From: Burkholderiales bacterium
Lineage (GTDB): Bacteria; Pseudomonadota; Gammaproteobacteria; Burkholderiales; Burkholderiaceae_C
Direction of reading: 5' to 3'
Length of the DNA: 48,626 nucleotides
NCBI GenBank assembly: GCA_038325945.1
Contig: JBBQJN010000001.1
Coordinates: forward strand, 1-48,626
Shown here piece after piece: positions 19,613-28,416 of this stretch. The notes under the pieces are model-generated. The model was not told the origin of the DNA and did no database searches. It saw only the letters and a list, made by a program, of their open reading frames with translations. The number at the start of each line of letters is the position of its first letter. Positions within the stretch are counted from its first letter, which is position 1. The translations under genes and the position numbers were made by a program.

Positions 19613-20461
19613 ATGTTCAACATGATGAAGACAGCCATCCTGATGGCCGCCATCACCGCCTTGTTCATGCTGCTCGGGCAGTGGATGGGCGGCAGCAGCG
19701 GCATGATGCTGGCGCTGGTGGTGGCGCTGGGCATGAACTTCTTCAGCTACTGGTTCTCCGACAAGATCGTGCTGAAGATGTACAAGGCGCGCGAAGTCGA
19801 TGACAGCACCGCACCGCAGTTTGTCGCCATGGTGCGTGAGCTGGCGCAGCGCGCCAACATCCCGATGCCCAAGGTCTACCTGATCGACGAGAACGCGCCC
19901 AACGCCTTTGCCACCGGCCGCAACCCCGAGCATGCGGCGGTGGCCGCCACCACTGGCATCATCCGGGTGCTGAGCGCGCGTGAGCTGCGCGGCGTGATGG
20001 CGCATGAGCTGGCCCATGTCAAACACCGCGACATCCTGCTGTCGACCATCAGCGCCACCATGGCCGGCGCGATCGGCATGCTGGCCAACTTTGCCATGAT
20101 GTTTGGCGGCCGCGGTGGCGACGGCCAACGCAGCAATCCAATAGCCGGCATCGCAGTGGCCATCCTGGCGCCGCTGGCGGCCAGCCTGATCCAGATGGCG
20201 ATCAGCCGGTCGCGTGAGTTTGAGGCTGATCGCGGCGGCGCCGAGATCTCGGGCGACCCCGCAGCGCTGGCCTCGGCGCTGGAAAAGATCCACCGCTTTG
20301 CACAAGGCATGCCAATGGAAGCCGCCGAGCGCCACCCCGAGACCGCGCAGATGATGATCATGAACCCGCTGTCGGCCGGCGGCCTGCGCGGGCTGTTCTC
20401 CACCCACCCGCCCACCGAGGAGCGCGTGGCCGCGTTGATGGCGATGGCTCGCGGCGGCTGA
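19613..20461 (+). CDS. htpX: Zinc metalloprotease HtpX
   Basis: [35 protein letters not shown] before ATG 19613. Confidence 0.96.
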   Translation: MFNMMKTAILMAAITALFMLLGQWMGGSSGMMLALVVALGMNFFSYWFSDKIVLKMYKAREVDDSTAPQFVAMVRELAQRANIPMPKVYLIDENAPNAFATGRNPEHAAVAATTGIIRVLSARELRGVMAHELAHVKHRDILLSTISATMAGAIGMLANFAMMFGGRGGDGQRSNPIAGIAVAILAPLAASLIQMAISRSREFEADRGGAEISGDPAALASALEKIHRFAQGMPMEAAERHPETAQMMIMNPLSAGGLRGLFSTHPPTEERVAALMAMARGG

Positions 20462-20560
20462 TTCAGCCGCCGCAGCCCTCAAGTTGGCGGCTGATTCAGC
20501 CGCCGCAGCCCTCAAGTTGGTGGCTGATTCAGCCCACTGCGGCCCTCAAGTTGGTGGCTG
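20453..20560. repeat. 33-bp tandem repeat x3 (plus partial), each with a 9-bp inverted repeat, starting at the htpX stop
   Basis: GGCGGCTGA-T-TCAGCCGCC-GCAGCCCTCAAGTT at 20453 and 20486; variant copy at 20519. Confidence 0.9.
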
Positions 20561-20580
20561 CGGCGGCCGATACAGTGCGC

Positions 20581-20943
20581 ATGTACCGATTGCCTGCCTC
20601 CTCGCTGCTGCTGGCTCTGGGCCTGACGCTGTCCGGTTGCGAGCAACTGGGCATCGAGTCGATTGCCGCCATCAATGCCCGCAAGGAAGCCGACGCCAAG
20701 GCCATCGGTGGCGCCTGCCGACATGCGGCGCGGGCGATTGAAGACTGCTACAGCCTGAACAAGAAGGCTGACAAGGCGGCGATCTACGCCGGCTGGCGCG
20801 AGATGAACGAGTACATGGTCGAGAACAAGCTTGAACCTGTGCTGCCGGTGATCACACCCGACAACGACCGTTCAGCCCGCGCCCCGGCCGAGGAGGCTCC
20901 CGAGCCCGAGCCCGAACGCGAGGCCGCCAAGGCCAAGCGCTGA
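20581..20943 (+). CDS. Conserved lipoprotein of unknown function
   Basis: Lipobox LSGC; AIGGACRH..RAIEDCY..N..GWREMNEYM. Confidence 0.75.
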   Translation: MYRLPASSLLLALGLTLSGCEQLGIESIAAINARKEADAKAIGGACRHAARAIEDCYSLNKKADKAAIYAGWREMNEYMVENKLEPVLPVITPDNDRSARAPAEEAPEPEPEREAAKAKR

Positions 20944-20973
20944 GCGGCGGCGCACTCGGGCGCTCAGCCGGCT

Positions 20974-21603
20974 TCAGCGCGGCGTCAACGGCACCGTCAC
21001 CCGCCGGGGCTGGCCGTCGACGCGCGGAAAGTCGGCCATTGCCGCCGCAAACAGCGGCGCCAGCAAGGGCTCGGTGCGGCTGCTGAAACCTTCGCTGCTG
21101 GCGCGGGCCTCAAACAGCGGCTGGCCACTGCTGCGCTCGCGGATCAACACCGCCACCTCACGGTCGTAGCGCGGTGGCTCCAAACGCAATGTGCCGCCCC
21201 AGCCGTAACCGCGCCACGGCGAGTTGTGCCAAACCCCAAAGCCACCATGGAACCACATCGGGTCGTCCCAGGGCGAGCGTTCGGTGCGGCTGACGCGCGC
21301 ACCCACCTGCACCAGCAGATCGGGTGTGGCACCCACCGCCACCGGCCGGAACCCCGCTTTGGCCAATACCGGCGCGGCGGCACTTTCAAGCGCCTGCACC
21401 GCCTCGGCTTGAGCCTGCTGCGAAGGCAAGTGATCAAAGGCATAACTGCCGCCACTGCGGCCGGCCGGCCATTGGCCAAAAGTGGACACATCGGCGCTCA
21501 ACTGATCGAAGCTGGCGCAGCCAGTGCCCAGCAGCAGGGCGCTCATGCCAGCTATTGCGCCAATTACGGCGCTGCGACGCAGCCAGTGTGTGGGTGTTTG
21601 CAT
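20974..21603 (-). CDS. DUF4136-like lipoprotein
   Basis: Lipobox-like GTGC; Gly/Trp-rich loop; LFEARA..AMADFP C-terminus; SD GGAGG. Confidence 0.75.
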   Translation of the reverse strand: MQTPTHWLRRSAVIGAIAGMSALLLGTGCASFDQLSADVSTFGQWPAGRSGGSYAFDHLPSQQAQAEAVQALESAAAPVLAKAGFRPVAVGATPDLLVQVGARVSRTERSPWDDPMWFHGGFGVWHNSPWRGYGWGGTLRLEPPRYDREVAVLIRERSSGQPLFEARASSEGFSSRTEPLLAPLFAAAMADFPRVDGQPRRVTVPLTPR

Positions 21604-21651
21604 GGAAACCTCCTGTGATTCTGGATTGGATACGCAGACGCGCCGGCAGGT

Positions 21652-22644
21652 TCAATCCTCAGCCGTTGTGGCGCGTTGCCAGCGGATGACCTGGGGCGCG
21701 TCGACCTGGATGGCGGCGACCGGCGCGCAGACCTCTTCGTCCTCGTCAAAGGCCTTGTCACCGGCGCCGTCGGCCTGACCGGTGGGCTTGAGGGTGGTGA
21801 AAGGGTAGAGCTTGCGATCCATCAGGTGCGACAGCGAGATGTTGCCCATGGCGGTGGCCATGTTGTCGATGCGCCCAGGATACTGGCGCTCCCACTCGTT
21901 GATCATCTTCTTAACCTGCACCCGCTGCAAGTTGTCCTGGCTGCCGCACAGCGTGCAAGGGATGATCGGAAACTGCTTGTGCAGCGCCCAGCTGGCCAGA
22001 TCGGCCTCGGCCACATAGGCCAGCGGGCGGATCACGGTGTGGCGGCCGTCATCGCTGACCAATTTGGCCGGCATGCCCTTGAGGCGGCTGCCGAAAAACA
22101 TGTTCAGCATCATCGTCACCACGATGTCGTCGCGGTGATGGCCGAGCGCGATCTTGGTGGCGCCCAGTTCACCCGCCACCCGGTACAAGATGCCGCGGCG
22201 CAGCCGCGAGCACAGGCTGCACATCGTCTTGCCCGCGGGCACCAGCTCCTTGACGATGCTGTAGGTGTCCTGGTTCTCGATGTGGAAATCAACCCCCAGG
22301 CGCTGAAGGTAATCGGGCAGGATGTGCTCGGGAAAGCCGGGCTGCTTCTGGTCGAGGTTGACCGCCACGATGCTGAAATTGATGGGCGCACGTTTCTGCA
22401 AGCCCAGCAGCACGTCGAGCAGGCCGTAGCTGTCCTTGCCGCCCGACAGGCAGACCATCACCTTGTCGCCTTCTTCGATCATGTTGAAGTCGACGATGGC
22501 CTGGCCCACCTGGCGGTGCAGCCGCTTGCTGAGCTTGTTGGTCTCGAAGGCCAGCTTGTGCTCGGGTGTGCGGGTGCGGGTGCGGGTGCGCACAGCGGCT
22601 TGTTGCGCCTCGGCGTGACCGACCGGTTCGACGATGGCATTCAT
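21652..22644 (-). CDS. ttcA: tRNA 2-thiocytidine(32) synthetase
   Basis: SGGKDS PP-loop, [28 protein letters not shown]. Confidence 0.98.
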   Translation of the reverse strand: MNAIVEPVGHAEAQQAAVRTRTRTRTPEHKLAFETNKLSKRLHRQVGQAIVDFNMIEEGDKVMVCLSGGKDSYGLLDVLLGLQKRAPINFSIVAVNLDQKQPGFPEHILPDYLQRLGVDFHIENQDTYSIVKELVPAGKTMCSLCSRLRRGILYRVAGELGATKIALGHHRDDIVVTMMLNMFFGSRLKGMPAKLVSDDGRHTVIRPLAYVAEADLASWALHKQFPIIPCTLCGSQDNLQRVQVKKMINEWERQYPGRIDNMATAMGNISLSHLMDRKLYPFTTLKPTGQADGAGDKAFDEDEEVCAPVAAIQVDAPQVIRWQRATTAED

Positions 22645-22787
22645 TTGGCCCCCTTGGCGCGTTGCGCCGTCCCCCCGAGGGGGAATTCGCCCTTCGGGCG
22701 GCAGTGCGGGCTCATGTGGCCCCCTTGGCGCGTTGCGCCGTCCCCCCGGAGGGGGAATTCGCCCTTCGGGCGGCCGTGCGGGCTCAT
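22641..22787 (-). repeat. Two tandem 72/71-bp palindromic units bounded by ATGA, forming a 48-aa coupled mini-ORF
   Basis: Minus strand: ATGA-GCCCGCAC(G/T)GCCGCCCGAAGGGCGAATTCCCCCTC(C)GGGGGGACGGCGCAACGCGCCAAGGGGGCCA(C/A) x2, then ATGA of ttcA. Confidence 0.9.
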
Positions 22788-23182
22788 TCCACTACTTTCA
22801 TACCAAAGACCTCACAGCCAACCGCGTCGCAGTCGGGGTATACGTCGGGCTTTTCGGTAGCCACCCGCGCGGCGCGCACATCGGGATGCGCCAGCATCAG
22901 CTTGAGCACGTCGTCGGCCAGCGTCTCTTGCAGGTGGATGTGGCCGCGCTTGACACGCTCGGTGATGCTGCGGCGGATGAAGTCGTAGTCCAGCACCTCG
23001 TCGAGCTTGTCCTGGGTCGGTGTTGACTGTGCAAGCGGAATGTAGAGATCGACATTGATCTTGACCCTCTGCTCGCCCTTCTTCTCAAAATCATGCACGC
23101 CGATGTTGATCCAGACCTCGTAATCGCGCAGATACAGCCGGCGGCAGTCCATCAGGCTGGGATTGGTGAGCAGGCTTTGCAT
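22784..23182 (-). CDS. folB: Dihydroneopterin aldolase
   Basis: [33 protein letters not shown]. Confidence 0.9.
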   Translation of the reverse strand: MQSLLTNPSLMDCRRLYLRDYEVWINIGVHDFEKKGEQRVKINVDLYIPLAQSTPTQDKLDEVLDYDFIRRSITERVKRGHIHLQETLADDVLKLMLAHPDVRAARVATEKPDVYPDCDAVGCEVFGMKVVE

Positions 23183-23183
23183 G

Positions 23184-24029
23184 TCAGGGAGTTCTCGTTG
23201 AAGGCGGGTCGGCGAGCGCCTGCTGGGCCAGGAACAGCACGTCGCGGGGTTGGCCCAGCAGGTGCTGGCCGCCATCGACGAGCAGCGTGTGGCCGGTGAT
23301 GGCGGGCGACTCAAGCAGAAAGCGCACCGCCGCAGCGATATCGTCAGGCGTGGAAGAGCGTTGCAGCGGCGTCAGCTGGCGCGCTGCGGCAAATTCGGCC
23401 TCGCTCATCGCGCCCGACAGCAGCGTGACACCCGGCGACACGCCGCAGACGCGCAGCCGGGGCGCCAGCGCCTGCGCCAGCATCACCGTGGCGCTGGCCA
23501 GCGCGGCCTTGCTCAGCGTGTACGAGAAGTAATCGGGGTTGGGGTTGGCCAGCTTCTGGTCGAGCAGGTTGACGACGCAGCCCTCGCCGGGGCCGGCATC
23601 GCGGTCGACCAGGTGGTCGTGCAGCGCACGCGCCAGCAGCACCGGCGGCGCGGTATTGGCACGCCAGTGGCGCTCCATCTGGCCGATGCTGAAACCCGCA
23701 GCGTCGTCGTACTCGAACAGCGAAGCGTTGTTCACCACCGCGTCCAGCCGGCCCAGGCGCAACAGCACAGAAGGCACCAGCGCCTCGCAATCGGCGCCGT
23801 TGGCCAGGTCGGCGACAAACACCTCGGCGCGCGCGCCGGCGGCGGCGGCGTCAGCGGCGGTGGCTTCGGCCTCCGTGCGCGAGCGGTGGCAGTGCAGCGC
23901 CAGGTCCCAGCCGTGGGCCGCCAGGTGCAGCGCGATGACACGGCCAATGCGCCGCGCCGCGCCGGTGACCAGGGCCACCGGCCGCGGCCGCTGCCGGGTT
24001 ACCAAGGGAGAGGTGGAGGGGGCGGCCAT
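23184..24029 (-). CDS. SDR oxidoreductase, pteridine reductase/FolM-like
   Basis: TGAARRIG, VNNAS, YTLSK, DGGQHL; upstream of folB. Confidence 0.85.
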   Translation of the reverse strand: MAAPSTSPLVTRQRPRPVALVTGAARRIGRVIALHLAAHGWDLALHCHRSRTEAEATAADAAAAGARAEVFVADLANGADCEALVPSVLLRLGRLDAVVNNASLFEYDDAAGFSIGQMERHWRANTAPPVLLARALHDHLVDRDAGPGEGCVVNLLDQKLANPNPDYFSYTLSKAALASATVMLAQALAPRLRVCGVSPGVTLLSGAMSEAEFAAARQLTPLQRSSTPDDIAAAVRFLLESPAITGHTLLVDGGQHLLGQPRDVLFLAQQALADPPSTRTP

Positions 24030-24047
24030 GCTTTCTACAATGCTGTG

Positions 24048-25178
24048 ATGGCGCGCACCACCGATGTTTCCAGCAGCAGCGCGGGCAAGCTCAACAGTGT
24101 AGCCAGCCCCCTGTTGCCCGTGCTTCGCCAGGCCATTGCCGAGGCCGGCGGATGGCTGCCGTTTGATCGCTTCATGGCGCTGGCGCTGTACCAGCCCGGC
24201 CTGGGCTATTACGCCAACGCCAGCCGCAAGTTCGGCGTGATGCCGGCCTCGGGCAGCGATTTCGTTACCGCGCCCGAGTTGTCACCGCTGTTTGGCCGCG
24301 CGCTGGCGGCGCAGGTGGCGCAGGCGCTGACGGCCAGCTGCAGCACCCGGGTGATGGAGTTTGGCGCCGGTTCGGGCGCGCTGGCCGAGGCCTTGCTCGA
24401 CGCGCTAGGCGAAACGGTGACGAGCTACCAGATCGTTGATCTGTCGGGCGTGCTGCGCCAGCGCCAGCAGGCGCGGCTGGCAAGTTTTGGCAACCGGGTG
24501 CGCTGGCTCGACACGCTGCCTGAAACGTTTGACGGCGTGGTGCTCGGCAACGAGGTGCTCGATGCGATGCCGGTGCAGTTGCTGCACTTCGACGGCGCGC
24601 AGTGGTTCGAGCGCGGTGTTGCCATGCACGGCGATGGCCTGGCCTTTGCCGACCGGCCGACGGCGTTGCGCCCGCCGCTGGACGCAGCTTTTGTGCCCGG
24701 CACGACCACCGAGATCCATGCCCAGGCCGAAGCCTTCATGCGCACGCTGGCGGCGATGCTGCGGCGCGGCCTGGCGCTGTTCATCGACTATGGCTTCCCC
24801 GAGTCCGAGTACTACCTGCCGCAACGCCATGGCGGCACGCTGATGTGCCACCAGGCGCACCGCGCCGACGGCAACCCGCTGGTCGATGTGGGGGCCAAGG
24901 ACATCACTGCGCATGTCAACTTCAGCGCCATCGCGCTGGCCGCCCAGGACAGCGGGCTGGAGCTGCTGGGCTATACCTCGCAGGCGCATTTCCTGATCAA
25001 TTGCGGGCTGATGACGCTGCTGGAGCAGGCGCCGCTGGTCGCGCGCGCAACGGCGCAGCGGCTGCTCAACGAGCATGAAATGGGCGAGTTGTTCAAGGTG
25101 TTTGCTTGCGGGCGCGGCCTGCCGCCCGGCTTTGAAGCGCTGGGTTTTGTGCGCGGCGACCGCACTCACCGCCTGTGA
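24048..25178 (+). CDS. SAM-dependent methyltransferase, MidA/NDUFAF7 (DUF185) family
   Basis: FMALALY.PGLGYY, DFVTAPE, EFGAGSG, NEVLDAMP, IDYG, DITAHVNF, MGELFKV. Confidence 0.92.
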   Translation: MARTTDVSSSSAGKLNSVASPLLPVLRQAIAEAGGWLPFDRFMALALYQPGLGYYANASRKFGVMPASGSDFVTAPELSPLFGRALAAQVAQALTASCSTRVMEFGAGSGALAEALLDALGETVTSYQIVDLSGVLRQRQQARLASFGNRVRWLDTLPETFDGVVLGNEVLDAMPVQLLHFDGAQWFERGVAMHGDGLAFADRPTALRPPLDAAFVPGTTTEIHAQAEAFMRTLAAMLRRGLALFIDYGFPESEYYLPQRHGGTLMCHQAHRADGNPLVDVGAKDITAHVNFSAIALAAQDSGLELLGYTSQAHFLINCGLMTLLEQAPLVARATAQRLLNEHEMGELFKVFACGRGLPPGFEALGFVRGDRTHRL

Positions 25179-25200
25179 AGCCCTTGCACAGCCCCGACCG

Positions 25201-25392
25201 ATGCGCTGGCTGATCGTCTTCTTCCTGGCGCTGATCCTGTCCAGCGGCCTGCAGCGACTGCTGTTCAAGCTCGGCCTGGGCCGGCTGCCGGGCGACTTCA
25301 CGCTGCGCTTCATGGGCCGCGAGTTCTACTTCCCGCTGGCCTCCAGCTTGCTGCTCAGCGTGCTGGCGCTGATCGTCAGCGCAATGCTTTGA
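25201..25392 (+). CDS. DUF2905-family small membrane protein
   Basis: LGRLPGDF...FYFPLASSLLLS motif. Confidence 0.85.
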   Translation: MRWLIVFFLALILSSGLQRLLFKLGLGRLPGDFTLRFMGREFYFPLASSLLLSVLALIVSAML

Positions 25393-25440
25393 TCTGATCA
25401 GATCGGATCTGGCTGCGCGGCCTCGGCGCAGGCCTCAGGC

Positions 25441-26094
25441 CTACAGCGCCATCGACGGCCGCTGCGCCATCGCGGCGCGCCAGCGCTGCAGGTGGGGATG
25501 CGCATCACCGGGCTGCAGCCGCACCGCCTTGGCAAAGTCCACCGTCACCATGGCGGTGATGTCGACGATGCTGAAGCGGTCGGTGGCCAGCGTGTCGCGG
25601 CCTTCGAGCCGTGTATTCAGCGTCTCGAAAAACTGCGCCAGGCGCTGCAATCCGCGCTGCGCCAGCTCGGGAATCTGCGCATAGGCGATCGGGCCCGGCA
25701 GAGCGCGGTCTTGCATCGCTGGCGAGCTGTTGCGCAGCGCTTCGGCGACCGCCATCAGGCCTTCGAACTCGACGCGCCAGTTCCAACTCGCAACCTCAGC
25801 CTTCTCCAGCGGCGTGATGCCCAGCAAGGGCGGCTCGGGGAAACGCGCCTCCAGGTAGGCGGTGATGGCCGCGTTATCGTTGAGCATCAGGCCGCCTTCT
25901 TTGCCTGCTTCGCCTTCCTCGATTCGAAGCGCCGGCACCGTGCACAGCGGGTTGATCTGGCGGTAGGCGGTACCCATTTGCTCGCCGCGCCGCAGGTCGA
26001 CCAGCACAGTTGCATGCGCCACGCCTTTTTCGGCCAGCAGGATGCGCGCGCGCCGCGGGCTGGGCGCCGTGGCTGAGTCGTACAGCGTGATCAT
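25441..26094 (-). CDS. Glutathione S-transferase family protein
   Basis: APSPRRARI..EKG, INP..TVPAL, FSIVDI. Confidence 0.9.
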   Translation of the reverse strand: MITLYDSATAPSPRRARILLAEKGVAHATVLVDLRRGEQMGTAYRQINPLCTVPALRIEEGEAGKEGGLMLNDNAAITAYLEARFPEPPLLGITPLEKAEVASWNWRVEFEGLMAVAEALRNSSPAMQDRALPGPIAYAQIPELAQRGLQRLAQFFETLNTRLEGRDTLATDRFSIVDITAMVTVDFAKAVRLQPGDAHPHLQRWRAAMAQRPSMAL

Positions 26095-26184
26095 CGGATG
26101 AGCCTCGGTGTGCTTGGATGGGGGTGAGTTGGGGCAGGTCATTGATCAGCCTTGCCGATCAGTGGCTTGGGTTGATCGCATGCG

Positions 26185-27465
26185 TTAATCGTAAGGGCGG
26201 TCGGCGTCTCCGGCCGCCGCTGCGTCCTCGGTGGCAGAGATCGCCGCGATGCGCAACGCCCGGATGCGCTCGCCGATCACCGGCCCCGCCAGGCCCTGCG
26301 CTGTGGCTTCGGCGGCCGCAGCCTGCACCGGCGCGGCCAGCGCGGCAGCCAGCACTGCCATCAACCGTGCCCGCTGCGGGTAGGGCTCGCTCTCGCGCCC
26401 GAGCCGACCACGGGCATCGCATTCGCAGGCCAGCAGCGCCTCGTGAAAACGTTGCGGCCGGCGCAGCGCGTCGCAGCGCTCCAGCAGGCGCATCAGCGCG
26501 GCCGCGCCCAGGCCGGCGCTGCGGTGGATGTTGCCGTGCTCGCGGGCGACCGTCTCGGCCAGCTCACGGCAGTCGGCCGGCACTTTCCAGCGCTCGCTCA
26601 CCGCGCGCGCCAGCTTGGCGCTGCGCGTCTCGTGGCCGAGGTGGCGCGGCCAATCCTGGCGCGGCGTGGTGCCCTTGCCCAGGTCGTGGCACAAGCAGGC
26701 ATAGCGCACCGCCAGCGGCGCCTGCAGCGCTGCGGCGGCTTGCAACACCATCATCAGGTGCACACCGGTGTCGATCTCGGGATGGTGCTCGGGCGGCTGC
26801 GGCACGCCCCACAGCCGATCCACCTCGGGCAGCAGTCGCGCCAGCGCACCGCAGCCGCGCAGCACCTCGAACATCCGCGCCGGCTGGTCTTCCATCAGCC
26901 CGCGCGACAACTCTTGCCACACCCGCTCGGGCACCAGATGGTCAACCTCGCCGTCGGCCACCATCTGTGCCAGCAAGGCCTCGGTCTCGGGCGCGACCGT
27001 AAAGTCGGCAAATCGCGCGGCCAGCCGCGCCAGCCGCAGCAGCCGCACCGGGTCGTCGACAAAGGCCTCGCCGACATGGCGCAGCACGCGGTCGTGAATA
27101 TCCTGTTGGCCGTTGAACGGGTCGGTCAGCTCGCCGCTTTCCGGGTCTTCGGCGATGGCGTTGATGGTCAGGTCGCGCCGCGCCAGGTCTTGTTCGAGCG
27201 TGACCTCGGGCGAGGCCTGCACCACAAAGCCCTGGTAGCCGCGGCCCGACTTGCGCTCGGTGCGCGCCAGCGCGTATTCCTCCTGCGTTTCGGGATGCAG
27301 AAAGACCGGAAAATCTCGGCCTACCGGCGTGTAAGCGGCCGCCACCATGGCCTCGGGCGTGCTGCCCACCACCACCCAGTCACGGTCGGTGCCGGCTACT
27401 GACTGGCCGATCAACCGGCCGAGCAGCCGGTCGCGTACCGCACCGCCCACCAGATAGGCCTTCAT
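26185..27465 (-). CDS. cca: Multifunctional CCA tRNA nucleotidyltransferase with HD domain
   Basis: [47 protein letters not shown]. Confidence 0.97.
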   Translation of the reverse strand: MKAYLVGGAVRDRLLGRLIGQSVAGTDRDWVVVGSTPEAMVAAAYTPVGRDFPVFLHPETQEEYALARTERKSGRGYQGFVVQASPEVTLEQDLARRDLTINAIAEDPESGELTDPFNGQQDIHDRVLRHVGEAFVDDPVRLLRLARLAARFADFTVAPETEALLAQMVADGEVDHLVPERVWQELSRGLMEDQPARMFEVLRGCGALARLLPEVDRLWGVPQPPEHHPEIDTGVHLMMVLQAAAALQAPLAVRYACLCHDLGKGTTPRQDWPRHLGHETRSAKLARAVSERWKVPADCRELAETVAREHGNIHRSAGLGAAALMRLLERCDALRRPQRFHEALLACECDARGRLGRESEPYPQRARLMAVLAAALAAPVQAAAAEATAQGLAGPVIGERIRALRIAAISATEDAAAAGDADRPYD

Positions 27466-27474
27466 CGGCGCGGC

Positions 27475-28401
27475 TCAGCGGTTGCGCAAGTCCACCGGGC
27501 GAAAGTGCTCGGCCAGGCGGTCGAGCCCGGCCGGCGTGATGCCCAGATCGGCCAGCCCGGGCAGGCTGCCGCTGGCCACATTGGGCACCCGCATGCTCAG
27601 CAGGTTGTCGCTTGACATCAGCGGCTCACCGGGCAGCAAGCCCAGCATCGCCGCCTGCAATCGGCCCAGCGCCTCGGGCAAGGCCAGCACCGGCCGTTGG
27701 CGGCCGGCCAGGCTGCCAACGCGCTGCACGATCTGCTTCAAGGTCAACTGCTCGGGCCCGGCGCATTCGATCACCGTGCCGGGGCCGGGGCGCTGCTGCA
27801 GGCTGTTGACCACTGCTTGCGCCACATCGCCTACCCATACCGGCTGGAAGCGTGCCGAGGCACCGGCCAGCGGCATCACGGGGAACAGCCGCTGCAGGTC
27901 CGCGAACAGGTTGGTAAAGCGGTCATCGGCGCCGAAGATCACCGAGGGCCGCAGGATCGTCAGGTCGCCGCCGGTGTCAGCCACGGCCTGCTGCCAGACG
28001 GCCTCGCCGGCGGCCTTGCTGCGCAGGTAGTTTGACGGCGCCTGCAGGCCCACGCCCAGCGCACTGACATGCAGCACGCGGCGCAGCCCGACCTGCTGGC
28101 AGGCAGCGGCCAGATGGCGCGGCAGCTGCACATGCACGCGCTCAAAATCCTCGGCGCTGCCATGCAGGATGGCCACCAGGTGCACCAGCGCATCGGCGCC
28201 GGCCAACAGCGGCGCCAGCGCCTGCGCATCGTGCACATCGCACTCCACCAGGTCGACGGTGGGCAGGATTTGCAGCGCGCGGCCGTTGCTCAGGCGCCGT
28301 GTGGGCACCACCAGCCGGCAGCCGGCGTCCTGGGCAAACAAGCGCTCGCAAACGTTGCGGCCGACGAAACCGGTGGCGCCGGTGATAACGATCTTTTTCA
28401 T
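27475..28401 (-). CDS. NAD-dependent epimerase, complex I NDUFA9-like
   Basis: TGATGFVG, HVSALG, YLRSK, RPSVIFG, FQPVWVGDVA. Confidence 0.9.
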   Translation of the reverse strand: MKKIVITGATGFVGRNVCERLFAQDAGCRLVVPTRRLSNGRALQILPTVDLVECDVHDAQALAPLLAGADALVHLVAILHGSAEDFERVHVQLPRHLAAACQQVGLRRVLHVSALGVGLQAPSNYLRSKAAGEAVWQQAVADTGGDLTILRPSVIFGADDRFTNLFADLQRLFPVMPLAGASARFQPVWVGDVAQAVVNSLQQRPGPGTVIECAGPEQLTLKQIVQRVGSLAGRQRPVLALPEALGRLQAAMLGLLPGEPLMSSDNLLSMRVPNVASGSLPGLADLGITPAGLDRLAEHFRPVDLRNR

Positions 28402-28416
28402 GCTTGGCTTTCTCGA

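Noticed and set aside
20453-20560. Mini-CRISPR from palindromic 33-bp units
   Set aside because: Head-to-tail tandem copies with no unique spacers.
23250-24047. Long N-terminal extensions of the methyltransferase (and likewise of purE, tsaC, rimI and the TfoX gene) in the ORF track
   Set aside because: They overlap neighbouring genes and lack family motifs, so downstream starts were chosen.
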